Positions 36,601 to 51,600 of a DNA stretch of 64,000 bases are shown piece by piece. The number at the start of each line of letters is the position of its first letter. The first letter of the stretch is position 1. This DNA is from Eledone cirrhosa (taxonomy: Eukaryota). The stretch is taken from contig OZ024741.1 in NCBI GenBank assembly GCA_964016885.1, positions 400,892,001 to 400,956,000 on the forward strand, written 5' to 3'. Below the pieces are notes generated by a model. That model saw nothing but the letters and a program-made list of their open reading frames with translations. It ran no database searches and had not been told where the DNA came from. A program made the position numbers and the translations under genes.

Positions 36601-39600
36601 GCCATGTGATGTAGTGTGTAAGAGAGAAGACTACATTGGTATGGACATGTGATGTAGTGTGTAAGAGAGAAGACTACATTGGTATGGCCATGTGATGTAG
36701 TGTGTAAGAGAGAAGACTACATTGGTATGGCCATGTGATGTAGTGTGTAAGAGAGAAGACTACATTGGTATGGTCATGTGATGTGATGTAGTGTGTAAGA
36801 GAGAAGACTACATTGGTATGGCCATGTGATGTAGTGTGTAAGAGAGAAGACTACATTGGTATGGTCATGTGATGTATGTGTGTAAGAGAGAAGACTACAT
36901 TGGTATGGACATGTGATGTAGTGTGTAAGAGAGAAGACTACATTGGTATGGACATGTGATGTAGTGTGTAAGAGAGAAGACCACATTGGTATGGACATGT
37001 GATGTGATGTAGTGTGTAAGAGAGAAGACTACATTGGTATGGTCATGTGATGTAGTGTGTAAGAGAGAAGACTACATTGGTATGGACATGTGATGTAGTG
37101 TGTAAGAGAGAAGACTACATTGGTATGGACATGTGATGTAGTGTGTAAGAGAGAAGACTACATTGGTATGGTCATGTGATGTAGTGTGTAAGAGAGAAGA
37201 CTACATTGGTATGGTCATGTGATGTATGTGTGTAAGAGAGAAGACTACATTGGTTTGGACATGTGATGTAGTGTGTAAGAGAGAAGACTACATTGATATG
37301 GACATGTGATGTAGTGTGTAAGAGAGAAGACTACATTGGTATGGACATGTGATGTGATGTAGTTTGTAAGAGAGAAGACTACATTGGTATGGTCATGTGA
37401 TGTGATGTAGTGTGTAAGAGAGAAGACTACATTGGTATGGACATGTGATGTAGTGTGTAAGAGAGAAGACTACATTGGTATGGACATGTGATGTAGTGTG
37501 TAAGAGAGAAGACTACATTGGCATGGACATGTGATGTAGTGTGTAAGAGAGAAGACTACATTGGTATGGCCATGTGATGTAGTGTGTAAGAGAGAAGACT
37601 ACATTGGTATGGACATGTGATGTAGTGTGTAAGAGAGAAGACTACATTGGTATGGACATGTGATGTAGTGTGTAAGAGAGAAGACTACATTGGTATGGTC
37701 ATGTGATGTAGTGTGTAAGAGAGAAGACTACATTGGTATGGTCATGTGATGTATGTGTGTAAGAGAGAAGACTACATTGGTTTGGACATGTGATGTAGTG
37801 TGTAAGAGAGAAGACTACATTGATATGGACATGTGATGTAGTGTGTAACAGAGAAGACTACATTGGTATGGACATGTGATGTGATGTAGTTTGTAAGAGA
37901 GAAGACGACATTGGTATGGTCATGTGATGTGATGTAGTGTGTAAGAGAGAAGACTACATTGGTATGGACATGTGATGTGATGTAGTGTGTAAGAGAGAAG
38001 ACTACATTGGTATGGTCATGTGATGTATGTGTGTAAGAGAGGAGACTACATTGGTATGGACATGTGATGTAGTGTGTAAGAGAGAAGACTACATTGGTAT
38101 GGTCATGTGATGTAGTGTGTAAGAGAGAAGACTACATTGGTATGGACATGTGATGTAGTGTGTAAGAGAGAAGACCACATTGGTATGGACATGTGATGTG
38201 ATGTAATGTGTAAGAGAGAAGACTACATTGGTATGGCCATGTGATGTAGTGTGTAAGAGAGAAGACTACATTGGTATGGACATGTGATGTAGTGTGTAAG
38301 AGAGAAGACTACATTGGTATGGACATGTGATGTAGTGTGTAAGAGAGAAGACTACATTGGTATGGTCATGTGATGTAGTGTGTAAGAGAGAAGACTACAT
38401 TGGTATGGTCATGTGATGTATGTGTGTAAGAGAGAAGACTACATTGGTTTGGACATGTGATGTAGTGTGTAAGAGAGAAGACTACATTGATATGGACATG
38501 TGATGTAGTGTGTAAGAGAGAAGACTACATTGGTATGGACATGTGATGTGATGTAGTTTGTAAGAGAGAAGACTACATTGGTATGGTCATGTGATGTGAT
38601 GTAGTGTGTAAGAGAGAAGACTACATTCGTATGGACATGTGATGTAGTGTGTAAGAGAGAAGACTACATTGGTATGGACATGTGATGTAGTGTGTAAGAG
38701 AGAAGACTACATTGGTATGGACATGTGATGTGATGTAGTGTGAAGAGAGAAGACTACATTGGTATGGACATGTGATGTAGTGTGTAAGAGAGAAGACTAC
38801 ATTGGTATGGCCATGTGATGTAGTGTATAAGAGAGAAGACTACATTGGTATGGACATGTGATGTAGTGTGTAAGAGAGAAGACTACATTGGTATGGACAT
38901 GTGATGTAGTGTGTAAGAGAGAAGACTACATTGGTATGGTCATGTGATGTAGTGTGTAAGAGAGAAGACTACATTGGTATGGACATGTGATGTAGTGTGT
39001 AAGAGAGAAGACTACATTGGTTTGGACATGTGATGTAGTGTGTAAGAGAGAAGACTACATTGGTTTGGACATGTGATGTGATGTAGTTTGTAAGAGAGAA
39101 GACTACATTGGTATGGTCATGTGATGTGATGTAGTGTGTAAGAGAGAAGACTACATTGGTATGGACATGTGATGTAGTGTGTAAGAGAGAAGACTACATT
39201 GGTATGGACATGTGATGTAGTGTGTAAGAGAGAAGACTACATTGGTATGGACATGTGATGTGATGTAGTGTGTAAGAGAGAAGACTACATTGGTATGGAC
39301 ATGTGATGTAGTGTGTAAGAGAGAAGACTACATTGGTATGGCCATGTGATGTAGTGTGTAAGAGAGAAGACTACATTGGTATGGACATGTGATGTAGTGT
39401 GTAAGAGAGAAGACTACATTGTTATGGTCATGTGATGTAGTGTGTAAGAGAGAAGACTACATTGGTATGGACATGTGATGTAGTGTGTAAGAGAGAAGAC
39501 TACATTGGTATGGTTATGTGATGTAGTGTGTAAGAGAGAAGACTACATTGGTATGGCCATGTGATGTAGTGTGTAAGAGAGAAGACTACATTGGTATGGC

Positions 39601-42600
39601 CATGTGATGTAGTGTGTAAGAGAGAAGACTACATTGGTATGGCCATGTGATGTAGTGTGTAAGAGAGAAGACTACATTGGTATGGAGATGTGATGTAGTG
39701 TGTAAGAGAGAAGACTACATTGGTATGGCTATGTGATGTAGTGTGTAAGAGAGAAGACTACATTGGTATGGCCATATGATGTAGTGTGTAAGAGAGAAGA
39801 CTACATTGGTATGGACATGTGATGTGATGTAGTGTGTAAGAGAGAAGACTACATTGGTATGGACATGTGATGTAGTGTGTAAGAGAGAAGACTACATTGG
39901 TATGGACATGTGATGTGATGTAGTGTGTAAGAGAGAAGACTACATTGGTATGGACATGTGATGTAGTGTGTAAGAGAGAAGACTACATTGGTATGGTCAT
40001 GTGATGTAGTGTGTAAGAGAGAAGACTACATTGGTATGGTCATGTGATGTGATGTAGTGTGTAAGAGAGAAGACTACATTGGTATGGACATGTGATGTGA
40101 TGTAGTGTGTAAGAGAGAAGACTACATTGGTATGGCCATGTGATGTGATGTAGTGTGTAAGAGAGTTGACTACATTGGTATGGACATGTGATGTAGTGTG
40201 TAAGAGAGAAGACTACATTGGTATGGTCATGTGATGTAGTGTGTAAGAGAGAAGACTACATTGGTATGGTCATGTGATGTAGTGTGTAAGAAAGAAGACT
40301 ACATTGGTATGGTCATGTGATGTGATGTAGTGTGTAAGAGAGAAGACTACATTGGTATGGACATGTGATGTGATGTAGTGTGTAAGAGAGAAGACTACAT
40401 TGGTATGGCCATGTGATGTGATGTAGTGTGTAAGAGAGATGACTACATTGGTATGGACATGTGATGTAGTGTGTAAGAGAGAAGACTACATTGGTATGGC
40501 CATGTGATGTAGTGTGTAAGAGAGAAGACTACATTGGTATGGCCATGTGATGTAGTGTGTAAGAGAGAAGACTACATTGGTATGGTCATGTGATGTGATG
40601 TAGTGTGTAAGAGAGAAGACTACATTGGTATGGCCATGTGATGTAGTATGTAAGAGAGAAGACTACATTGGTATGGCCATGTGATGTAGTGTGTAAGAGA
40701 GAAGACTACATTGGTATGGACATGTGATGTAGTGTGTAAGAGAGAAGACTACATTGGTATGGCCATGTGATGTAGTGTGTAAGAGAGAAGACTACATTGG
40801 TATGGCCATGTGATGTAGTGTGTAAGAGAGAAGACTACATTGGTATGGTCATGTGATGTGATGTAGTGTGTAAGAGAGAAGACTACATTGGTATGGCCAT
40901 GTGATGTAGTGTGTAAGAGAGAAGACTACATTGGTATGGTCATGTGATGTATGTGTGTAAGAGAGAAGACTACATTGGTATGGACATGTGATGTAGTGTG
41001 TAAGAGAGAAGACTACATTGGTATGGTCATGTGATGTAGTGTGTAAGAGAGAAGACTACATTGGTATGGACATGTGATGTAGTGTGTAAGAGAGAAGACC
41101 ACATTGGTATGGACATGTGATGTGATGTAGTGTGTAAGAGAGAAGACTACATTGGTATGGCCATGTGATGTGATGTAGTGTGTAAGAGAGATGACTACAT
41201 TGGTATGGACATGTGATGTAGTGTGTAAGAGAGAAGACTACATTGGTATGGTCATGTGATGTGATGTAGTGTGTAAGAGAGAAGACTACATTGGTATGGC
41301 CATGTGATGTAGTGTGTAAGAGAGAAGACTACATTGGTATGGCCATGTGATGTAGTGTGTAAGAGAGAAGACTACATTGGTATGGTCATGTGATGTATGT
41401 GTGTAAGAGAGAAGACTACATTGGTATGGACATGTGATGTAGTGTGTAAGAGAGAAGACTACATTGGTATGGTCATGTGATGTAGTGTGTAAGAGAGAAG
41501 ACTACATTGGTATGGACATGTGATGTAGTGTGTAAGAGAGAAGACCACATTGGTATGGACATGTGATGTGATGTAGTGTGTAAGAGAGAAGACTACATTG
41601 GTATGGCCATGTGATGTAGTGTGTAAGAGAGAAGACTACATTGGTATGGACATGTGATGTAGTGTGTAAGAGAGAAGACTACATTGGTATGGACATGTGA
41701 TGTAGTGTGTAAGAGAGAAGACTACATTGGTATGGTCATGTGATGTAGTGTGTAAGAGAGAAGACTACATTGGTATGGTCATGTGATGTATGTGTGTAAG
41801 AGAGAAGACTACATTGGTATGGACATGTGATGTGATGTAGTTTGTAAGAGAGAAGACTACATTGGTATGGTCATGTGATGTGATGTAGTGTGTAAGAGAG
41901 AAGACTACATTGGTATGGACATGTGATGTAGTGTGTAAGAGAGAAGACTACATTGGTATGGACATGTGATGTAGTGTGTAAGAGAGAAGACTACATTGGT
42001 ATGGACATGTGATGTGATGTAGTGTGTAAGAGAGAAGACTACATTGGTATGGACATGTGATGTAGTGTGTAAGAGAGAAGACTACATTGGTATGGCCATG
42101 TGATGTAGTGTGTAAGAGAGAAGACTACATTGGTATGGACATGTGATGTAGTGTGTAAGAGAGAAGACTACATTGGTATGGACATGTGATGTAGTGTGTA
42201 AGAGAGAAGACTACATTGGTATGGTCATGTGATGTATGTGTGTAAGAGAGAAGACTACATTGGTTTGGACATGTGATGTAGTGTGTAAGAGAGAAGACTA
42301 CATTGATATGGACATGTGATGTAGTGTGTAAGAGAGAAGACTACATTGGTATGGACATGTGATGTGATGTAGTTTGTAAGAGAGAAGACTACATTGGTAT
42401 GGTCATGTGATGTGATGTAGTGTGTAAGAGAGAAGACTACATTGGTATGGACATGTGATGTGATGTAGTGTGTAAGAGAGAAGACTACATTGGTATGGTC
42501 ATGTGATGTATGTGTGTAAGAGAGAAGACTACATTGGTATGGACATGTGATGTAGTGTGTATGAGAGAAGACTACATTGGTATGGTCATGTGATGTAGTG

Positions 42601-45600
42601 TGTAAGAGAGAAGACTACATTGGTATGGACATGTGATGTAGTGTGTAAGAGAGAAGACCACATTGGTATGGACATGTGATGTGATGTAATGTGTAAGAGA
42701 GAAGACTACATTGGTATGGCCATGTGATGTAGTGTGTAAGAGAGAAGACTACATTGGTATGGACATGTGATATAGTGTGTAAGAGAGAAGACTACATTGG
42801 TATGGACTTGTGATGTAGTGTGTAAGAGAGAAGACTACATTGGTATGGTCATGTGATGTAGTGTGTAAGAGAGAAGACTACATTGGTATGGTCATGTGAT
42901 GTATGTGTGTAAGAGAGAAGACTACATTGGTTTGGACATGTGATGTAGTGTGTAAGAGAGAAGACTACATTGATATGGACATGTGATGTAGTGTGTAAGA
43001 GAGAAGACTACATTGGTATGGACATGTGATGTGATGTAGTTTGTAAGAGAGAAGACTACATTGGTATGGACATGTGATGTAGTGTGTAAGAGAGAAGACT
43101 ACATTGGTATGGACATGTGATGTAGTGTGTAAGAGAGAAGACTACATTGGTATGGACATGTGATGTGATGTAGTGTGAAGAGAGAAGACTACATTGGTAT
43201 GGACATGTGATGTAGTGTGTAAGAGAGAAGACTACATTGGTATGGCCATGTGATGTAGTGTGTAAGAGAGAAGACTACATTGGTATGGAAATGTGATGTA
43301 GTGTGTAAGAGAGAAGACTACATTGGTATGGACATGTGATGTAGTGTGTAAGAGAGAAGACTACATTGGTATGGTCATGTGATGTAGTGTGTAAGAGAGA
43401 AGACTACATCGGTATGGTCATGTGATGTATGTGTGTAAGAGAGAAGACTACATTGGTTTGGACATGTGATGTAGTGTGTAAGAGAGAAGACTACATTGAT
43501 ATGGACATGTGATGTAGTGTGTAAGAGAGAAGACTACATTGGTATGGACATGTGATGTGATGTAGTTTGTAAGAGAGAAGACTACATTGGTATGGTCATG
43601 TGATGTGATGTAGTGTGTAAGAGAGAAGACTACATTGGTATGGACATGTGATGTAGTGTGTAAGAGAGAAGACTACATTGGTATGGACATGTGATGTAGT
43701 GTGTAAGAGAGAAGACTACATTGGTATGGACATGTGATGTGATGTAGTGTGTAAGAGAGAAGACTACATTGGTATGGTCATGTGATGTGATGTAGTGTGT
43801 AAGAGAGAAGACTACATTGGTATGGACATGTGATGTGATGTAGTGTGTAAGAGAGAAGACTACATTGGTATGGTCATGTGATGTATGTGTGTAAGAGAGA
43901 AGACTACATTGGTATGGACATGTGATGTAGTGTGTAAGAGAGAAGACTACATTGGTATGGTCATGTGATGTAGTGTGTAAGAGAGAAGACTACATTGGTA
44001 TGGACATGTTATGTAGTGTGTAAGAGAGAAGACCACATTGGTATGGACATGTGATGTGATGTAATGTGTAAGAGAGAAGACTACATTGGTATGGCCATGT
44101 GATGTAGTGTGTAAGAGAGAAGACTACATTGGTATGGACATGTGATATAGTGTGTAAGAGAGAAGACTACATTGGTATGGACTTGTGATGTAGTGTGTAA
44201 GAGAGAAGACTACATTGGTATGGTCATGTGATGTAGTGTGTAAGAGAGAAGACTACATTGGTATGGTCATGTGATGTATGTGTGTAAGAGAGAAGACTAC
44301 ATTGGTTTGGACATGTGATGTAGTGTGTAAGAGAGAAGACTACATTGATATGGACATGTGATGTAGTGTGTAAGAGAGAAGACTACATTGGTATGGACAT
44401 GTGATGTGATGTAGTTTGTAAGAGAGAAGACTACATTGGTATGGACATGTGATGTAGTGTGTAAGAGAGAAGACTACATTGGTATGGACATGTGATGTAG
44501 TGTGTAAGAGAGAAGACTACATTGGTATGGACATGTGATGTGATGTAGTGTGAAGAGAGAAGACTACATTGGTATGGACATGTGATGTAGTGTGTAAGAG
44601 AGAAGACTACATTGGTATGGCCATGTGATGTAGTGTGTAAGAGAGAAGACTACATTGGTATGGAAATGTGATGTAGTGTGTAAGAGAGAAGACTACATTG
44701 GTATGGACATGTGATGTAGTGTGTAAGAGAGAAGACTACATTGGTATGGTCATGTGATGTAGTGTGTAAGAGAGAAGACTACATTGGTATGGTCATGTGA
44801 TGTATGTGTGTAAGAGAGAAGACTACATTGGTTTGGACATGTGATGTAGTGTGTAAGAGAGAAGACTACATTGATATGGACATGTGATGTAGTGTGTAAG
44901 AGAGAAGACTACATTGGTATGGACATGTGATGTGATGTAGTTTGTAAGAGAGAAGACTACATTGGTATGGTCATGTGATGTGATGTAGTGTGTAAGAGAG
45001 AAGACTACATTGGTATGGACATGTGATGTAGTGTGTAAGAGAGAAGACTACATTGGTATGGACATGTGATGTAGTGTGTAAGAGAGAAGACTACATTGGT
45101 ATGGACATGTGATGTGATGTAGTGTGTAAGAGAGAAGACTACATTGGTATGGACATGTGATGTAGTGTGTAAGAGAGAAGACTACATTGGTATGGTCATG
45201 TGATGTAGTGTGTAAGAGAGAAGACTACATTGGTATGGACATGTGATGTAGTGTGTAAGAGAGAAGACTACATTGGTATGGTCATGTGATGTAGTGTGTA
45301 AGAGAGAAGACTACATTGGTATGGACATGTGATGTAGTATGTAAGAGAGAAGACTACATTGGTATGGTCATGTGATGTAGTGTGTAAGAGAGAAGACTAC
45401 ATTGGTATGGCCATGTGATGTAGTGTGTAAGAGAGAAGACTACATTGGTATGGCCATGTGATGTAGTGTGTAAGAGAGAAGACTACATTGGTATGGCCAT
45501 ATGATGTAGTGTGTACGAGAGAAGACTACATTGGTATGGACATGTGATGTAGTGTGTAAGAGAGAATACTACATTGGTATGGCCATGTGATGTAGTGTGT

Positions 45601-48600
45601 AAGAGAGAAGACTACATTGGTATGGACATGTGATCTGATGTAGTGTGTAAGAGAGAAGACTACATTGGTATGGACATGTGATGTAGTGTGTAAGAGAGAA
45701 GACTACATTGGTATGGACATGTGATGTGATGTAGTGTGTAAGAGAGAAGACTACATTGGTATGGACATGTGATGTAGTGTGTAAGAGAGAAGACTACATT
45801 GGTATGGTCATGTGATGTAGTGTGTAAGAGAGAAGACTACATTGGTATGGTCATGTGATGTGATGTAGTGTGTAAGAGAGAAGACTACATTGGTATGGAC
45901 ATGTGATGTGATGTAGTGTGTAAGAGAGAAGACTACATTGGTATGGCCATGTGATGTGATGTAGTGTGTAAGAGAGTTGACTACATTGGTATGGACATGT
46001 GATGTAGTGTGTAAGAGAGAAGACTACATTGGTATGGTCATGTGATGTAGTGTGTAAGAGAGAAGACTACATTGGTATGGTCATGTGATGTAGTGTGTAA
46101 GAGAGAAGACTACATTGGTATGGTCATGTGATGTGATGTAGTGTGTAAGAGAGAAGACTACATTGGTATGGACATGTGATGTGATGTAGTGTGTAAGAGA
46201 GAAGACTACATTGGTATGGCCATGTGATGTGATGTAGTGTGTAAGAGAGATGACTACATTGGTATGGACATGTGATGTAGTGTGTAAGAGAGAAGACTAC
46301 ATTGGTATGGCCATGTGATGTAGTGTGTAAGAGAGAAGACTACATTGGTATGGCCATGTGATGTAGTGTGTAAGAGAGAAGACTACATTGGTATGGTCAT
46401 GTGATGTGATGTAGTGTGTAAGAGAGAAGACTACATTGGTATGGCCATGTGATGTAGTGTGTAAGAGAGAAGACTACATTGGTATGGCCATGTGATGTAG
46501 TGTGTAAGAGAGAAGACTACATTGGTATGGACATGTCATGTGATGTAGTGTGTAAGAGAGAAGACTACATTGGTATGGCCATGTGATGTGATGTAGTGTG
46601 TAAGAGAGATGACTACATTGGTATGGACATGTGATGTAGTGTGTAAGAGAGAAGACTACATTGGTATGGCCATGTGATGTAGTGTGTAAGAGAGAAGACT
46701 ACATTGGTATGGTCATGTGATGTGATGTAGTGTGTAAGAGAGAAGACTACATTGGTATGGACATGTGATGTGATGTAGTGTGTAAGAGAGAAGACTACAT
46801 TGGTATGGACATGTGATGTAGTGTGCAAGAGAGAAGACTACATTGGTATGGACATGTGATGTAGTTTGTAAGAGAGAAGACTACATTGGTATGGTCATGT
46901 GATGTGATGTAGTGTGTAAGAGAGAAGACTACATTGGTATGGACATGTGATGTAGTGTGTAAGAGAGAAGACTACATTGGTATGGACATGTGATGTAGTG
47001 TGTAAGAGAGAAGACTACATTGGTATGGACATGTGATGTGATGTAGTGTGAAGAGAGAAGACTACATTGGTATGGACATGTGATGTAGTGTGTAAGAGAG
47101 AAGACTACATTGGTATGGCCATGTGATGTAGTGTGTAAGAGAGAAGACTACATTGGTATGGAAATGTGATGTAGTGTGTAAGAGAGAAGACTACATTGGT
47201 ATGGTCATGTGATGTAGTGTGTAAGAGAGAAGACTACATTGGTATGGTCATGTGATGTATGTGTGTAAGAGAGAAGACTACATTGGTTTGGACATGTGAT
47301 GTAGTGTGTAAGAGAGAAGACTACATTGATATGGACATGTGATGTAGTGTGTAAGAGAGAAGACTACATTGGTATGGACATGTGATGTGATGTAGTTTGT
47401 AAGAGAGAAGACTACATTGGTATGGTCATGTGATGTGATGTAGTGTGTAAGAGAGAAGACTACATTGGTATGGACATGTGATGTAGTGTGTAAGAGAGAA
47501 GACTACATTGGTATGGACATGTGATGTAGTGTGTAAGAGAGAAGACTACATTGGTATGGACATGTGATGTGATGTAGTGTGTAAGAGAGAAGACTACATT
47601 GGTATGGACATGTGATGTAGTGTGTAAGAGAGAAGACTACATTGGTATGGTCATGTGATGTAGTGTGTAAGAGAGAAGACTACATTGGTATGGACATGTG
47701 ATGTAGTGTGTAAGAGAGAAGACTACATTGGTATGGTCATGTGATGTAGTGTGTAAGAGAGAAGACTACATTGGTATGGACATGTGATGTAGTGTGTAAG
47801 AGAGAAGACTACATTGGTATGGTCATGTGATGTAGTGTGTAAGAGAGAAGACTACATTGGTATGGCCATGTGATGTAGTGTGTAAGAGAGAAGACTACAT
47901 TGGTATGGCCATGTGATGTAGTGTGTAAGAGAGAAGACTACATTGGTATGGCCATATGATGTAGTGTGTACGAGAGAAGACTACATTGGTATGGACATGT
48001 GATGTAGTGTGTAAGAGAGAAGACTACATTGGTATGGCCATGTGATGTAGTGTGTAAGAGAGAAGACTACATTGGTATGGACATGTGATCTGATGTAGTG
48101 TGTAAGAGAGAAGACTACATTGGTATGGACATGTGATGTAGTGTGTAAGAGAGAAGACTACATTGGTATGGACATGTGATGTGATGTAGTGTGTAAGAGA
48201 GAAGACTACATTGGTATGGCCATGTGATGTGATGTAGTGTGTAAGAGAGTTGACTACATTGGTATGGACATGTGATGTAGTGTGTAAGAGAGAAGACTAC
48301 ATTGGTATGGTCATGTGATGTAGTGTGTAAGAGAGAAGACTACATTGGTATGGTCATGTGATGTAGTGTGTAAGAGAGAAGACTACATTGGTATGGTCAT
48401 GTGATGTGATGTAGTGTGTAAGAGAGAAGACTACATTGGTATGGACATGTGATGTGATGTAGTGTGTAAGAGGGAAGACTACATTGGTATGGCCATGTGA
48501 TGTGATGTAGTGTGTAAGAGAGATGACTACATTGGTATGGACATGTGATGTAGTGTGTAAGAGAGAAGACTACATTGGTATGGCCATGTGATGTAGTGTG

Positions 48601-51600
48601 TAAGAGAGAAGACTACATTGGTATGGCCATGTGATGTAGTGTGTAAGAGAGAAGACTACATTGGTATGGTCATGTGATGTGATGTAGTGTGTAAGAGAGA
48701 AGACTACATTGGTATGGCCATGTGATGTAGTGTGTAAGAGAGAAGACTACATTGGTATGGCCATGTGATGTAGTGTGTAAGAGAGAAGACTACATTGGTA
48801 TGGACATGACATGTGATGTAGTGTGTAAGAGAGAAGACTACATTGGTATGGCCATGTGATGTGATGTAGTGTGTAAGAGAGATGACTACATTGGTATGGA
48901 CATGTGATGTAGTGTGTAAGAGAGAAGACTACATTGGTATGGCCATGTGATGTGATGTAGTGTGTAAGAGAGAAGACTACATTGGTATGGACATGTGATG
49001 TGATGTAGTGTGTAAGAGAGAAGACTACATTGGTATGGACATGTGATGTAGTGTGTAAGAGAGAAGACTACATTGGTATGGACATGTGATGTAGTGTGTA
49101 AGAGAGAAGACTACATTGGTATGGTCATGTGATGTGATGTAGTGTGTAAGAGAGAAGACTACATTGGTATGGACATGTGATGTGATGTAGTGTGTAAGAG
49201 AGAAGACTACATTGGTATGGACATGTGATGTAGTGTGTAAGAGAGAAGACTACATTGGTATGGACATGTGATGTAGTTTGTAAGAGAGAAGACTACATTG
49301 GTATGGTCATGTGATGTAGTGTGTAAGAGAGAAGACTACATTGGTATGGACATGTGATGTAGTGTGTAAGAGAGAAGACTACATTGGTATGGACATGTGA
49401 TGTAGTGTGTAAGAGAGAAGACTACATTGGTATGGTCATGTGATGTAGTGTGTAAGAGAGAAGACTACATTGGTATGGACATGTGATGTGATGTAGTGTG
49501 TAAGAGAGAAGACTACATTGGTATGGACATGTGATGTAGTGTGTAAGAGAGAAGACTACATTGGTATGGACATGTGATGTAGTTTGTAAGAGAGAAGACT
49601 ACATTGGTATGGTCATGTGATGTGATGTAGTGTGTAAGAGAGAAGACTACATTGGTATGGTCATGTGATGTGATGTAGTGTGTAAGAGAGAAGACTACAT
49701 TGGTATGGACATGTGATGTAGTGTGTAAGAGAGAAGACTACATTGGTATGGCCATGTGATGTAGTGTGTAAGAGAGAAGACTACATTGGTATTGACATGT
49801 GATGTGATGTAGTGTGTAAGAGAGAAGACTACATTGGTATGGACATGTGATGTAGTGTGTAAGAGAGAAGACTACATTGGTATGGACATGTGATGTAGTG
49901 TCTAAGAGAGAAGAGTACATTGGTATGGACATGTGATGTGATGTAGTGTGTAAGAGAGAAGACTACATTGGTATGGACATGTGATGTAGTGTGTAAGAGA
50001 GAAGACTACATTGGTATGGACATGTGATGTAGTGTGTAAGAGAGAAGACTACATTGGTATGGTCATGTGATGTAGTGTGTAAGAGAGAAGACTACATTGG
50101 TATGGTCATGTGATGTGATGTAGTGTGTAAGAGAGAAGACTACATTGGTATGGACATGTGATGTGATGTAGTGTGTAAGAGAGAAGACTACATTGGTATG
50201 GCCATGTGATGTGATGTAGTGTGTAAGAGAGATGACTACATTGGTATGGACATGTGATGTAGTGTGTAAGAGAGAAGACTACATTGGTATGGACATGTGA
50301 TGTGATGTAGTGTGTAAGAGAGAAGACTACATTGGTATGGTCATGTGATGTAGTGTGTAAGAGAGAAGACTACATTGGTATGGTCATGTGATGTGATGTA
50401 GTGTGTAAGAGAGAAGACTACATTGGTATGGACATGTGATGTGATGTAGTGTGTAAGAGAGAAGACTACATTGGTATGGCCATGTGATGTGATGTAGTGT
50501 GTAAGAGAGATGACTACATTGGTATGGCCATGTGATGTAGTGTGTAAGAGAGAAGACTACATTGGTATGGCCATGTGATGTAGTGTGTAAGAGAGAAGAC
50601 TACATTGGTATGGTCATGTGATGTAGTGTGTAAGAGAGAAGACTACATTGGTATGGCCATGTGATGTAGTGTGTAAGAGAGAAGACTACATTGGTATGGC
50701 CATGTGATGTAGTGTGTAAGAGAGAAGACTACATTGGTATGGACATGTCATGTGATGTAGTGTGTAAGAGAGAAGACTACATTGGTATGGCCATGTGATG
50801 TGATGTAGTGTGTAAGAGAGATGACTACATTGGTATGGACATGTGATGTAGTGTGTAAGAGAGAAGACTACATTGGTATGGCCATGTGATGTAGTGTGTA
50901 AGAGAGAAGACTACATTGGTATGGTCATGTGATGTGATGTAGTGTGTAAGAGAGAAGACTACATTGGTATGGACATGTGATGTGATGTAGTGTGTAAGAG
51001 AGAAGACTACATTGGTATGGACATGTGATGTAGTGTGTAAGAGAGAAGACTACATTGGTATGGACATGTGATGTAGTTTGTAAGAGAGAAGACTACATTG
51101 GTATGGTCATGTGATGTGATGTAGTGTGTAAGAGAGAAGACTACATTGGTATGGACATGTGATGTAGTGTGTAAGAGAGAAGACTACATTGGTATGGACA
51201 TGTGATGTAGTTTGTAAGAGAGAAGACTACATTGGTATGGTCATGTGATGTGATGTAGTGTGTAAGAGAGAAGACTACATTGGTATGGACATGTGATGTA
51301 GTGTGTAAGAGAGAAGACTACATTGGTATGGACATGTGATGTAGTGTGTAAGAGAGAAGACTACATTGGTATGGACATGTGATGTGATGTAGTGTGAAGA
51401 GAGAAGACTACATTGGTATGGACATGTGATGTAGTGTGTAAGAGAGAAGACTACATTGGTATGGCCATGTGATGTAGTGTGTAAGAGAGAAGACTACATT
51501 GGTATGGAAATGTGATGTAGTGTGTAAGAGAGAAGACTACATTGGTATGGACATGTGATGTAGTGTGTAAGAGAGAAGACTACATTGGTATGGTCATGTG

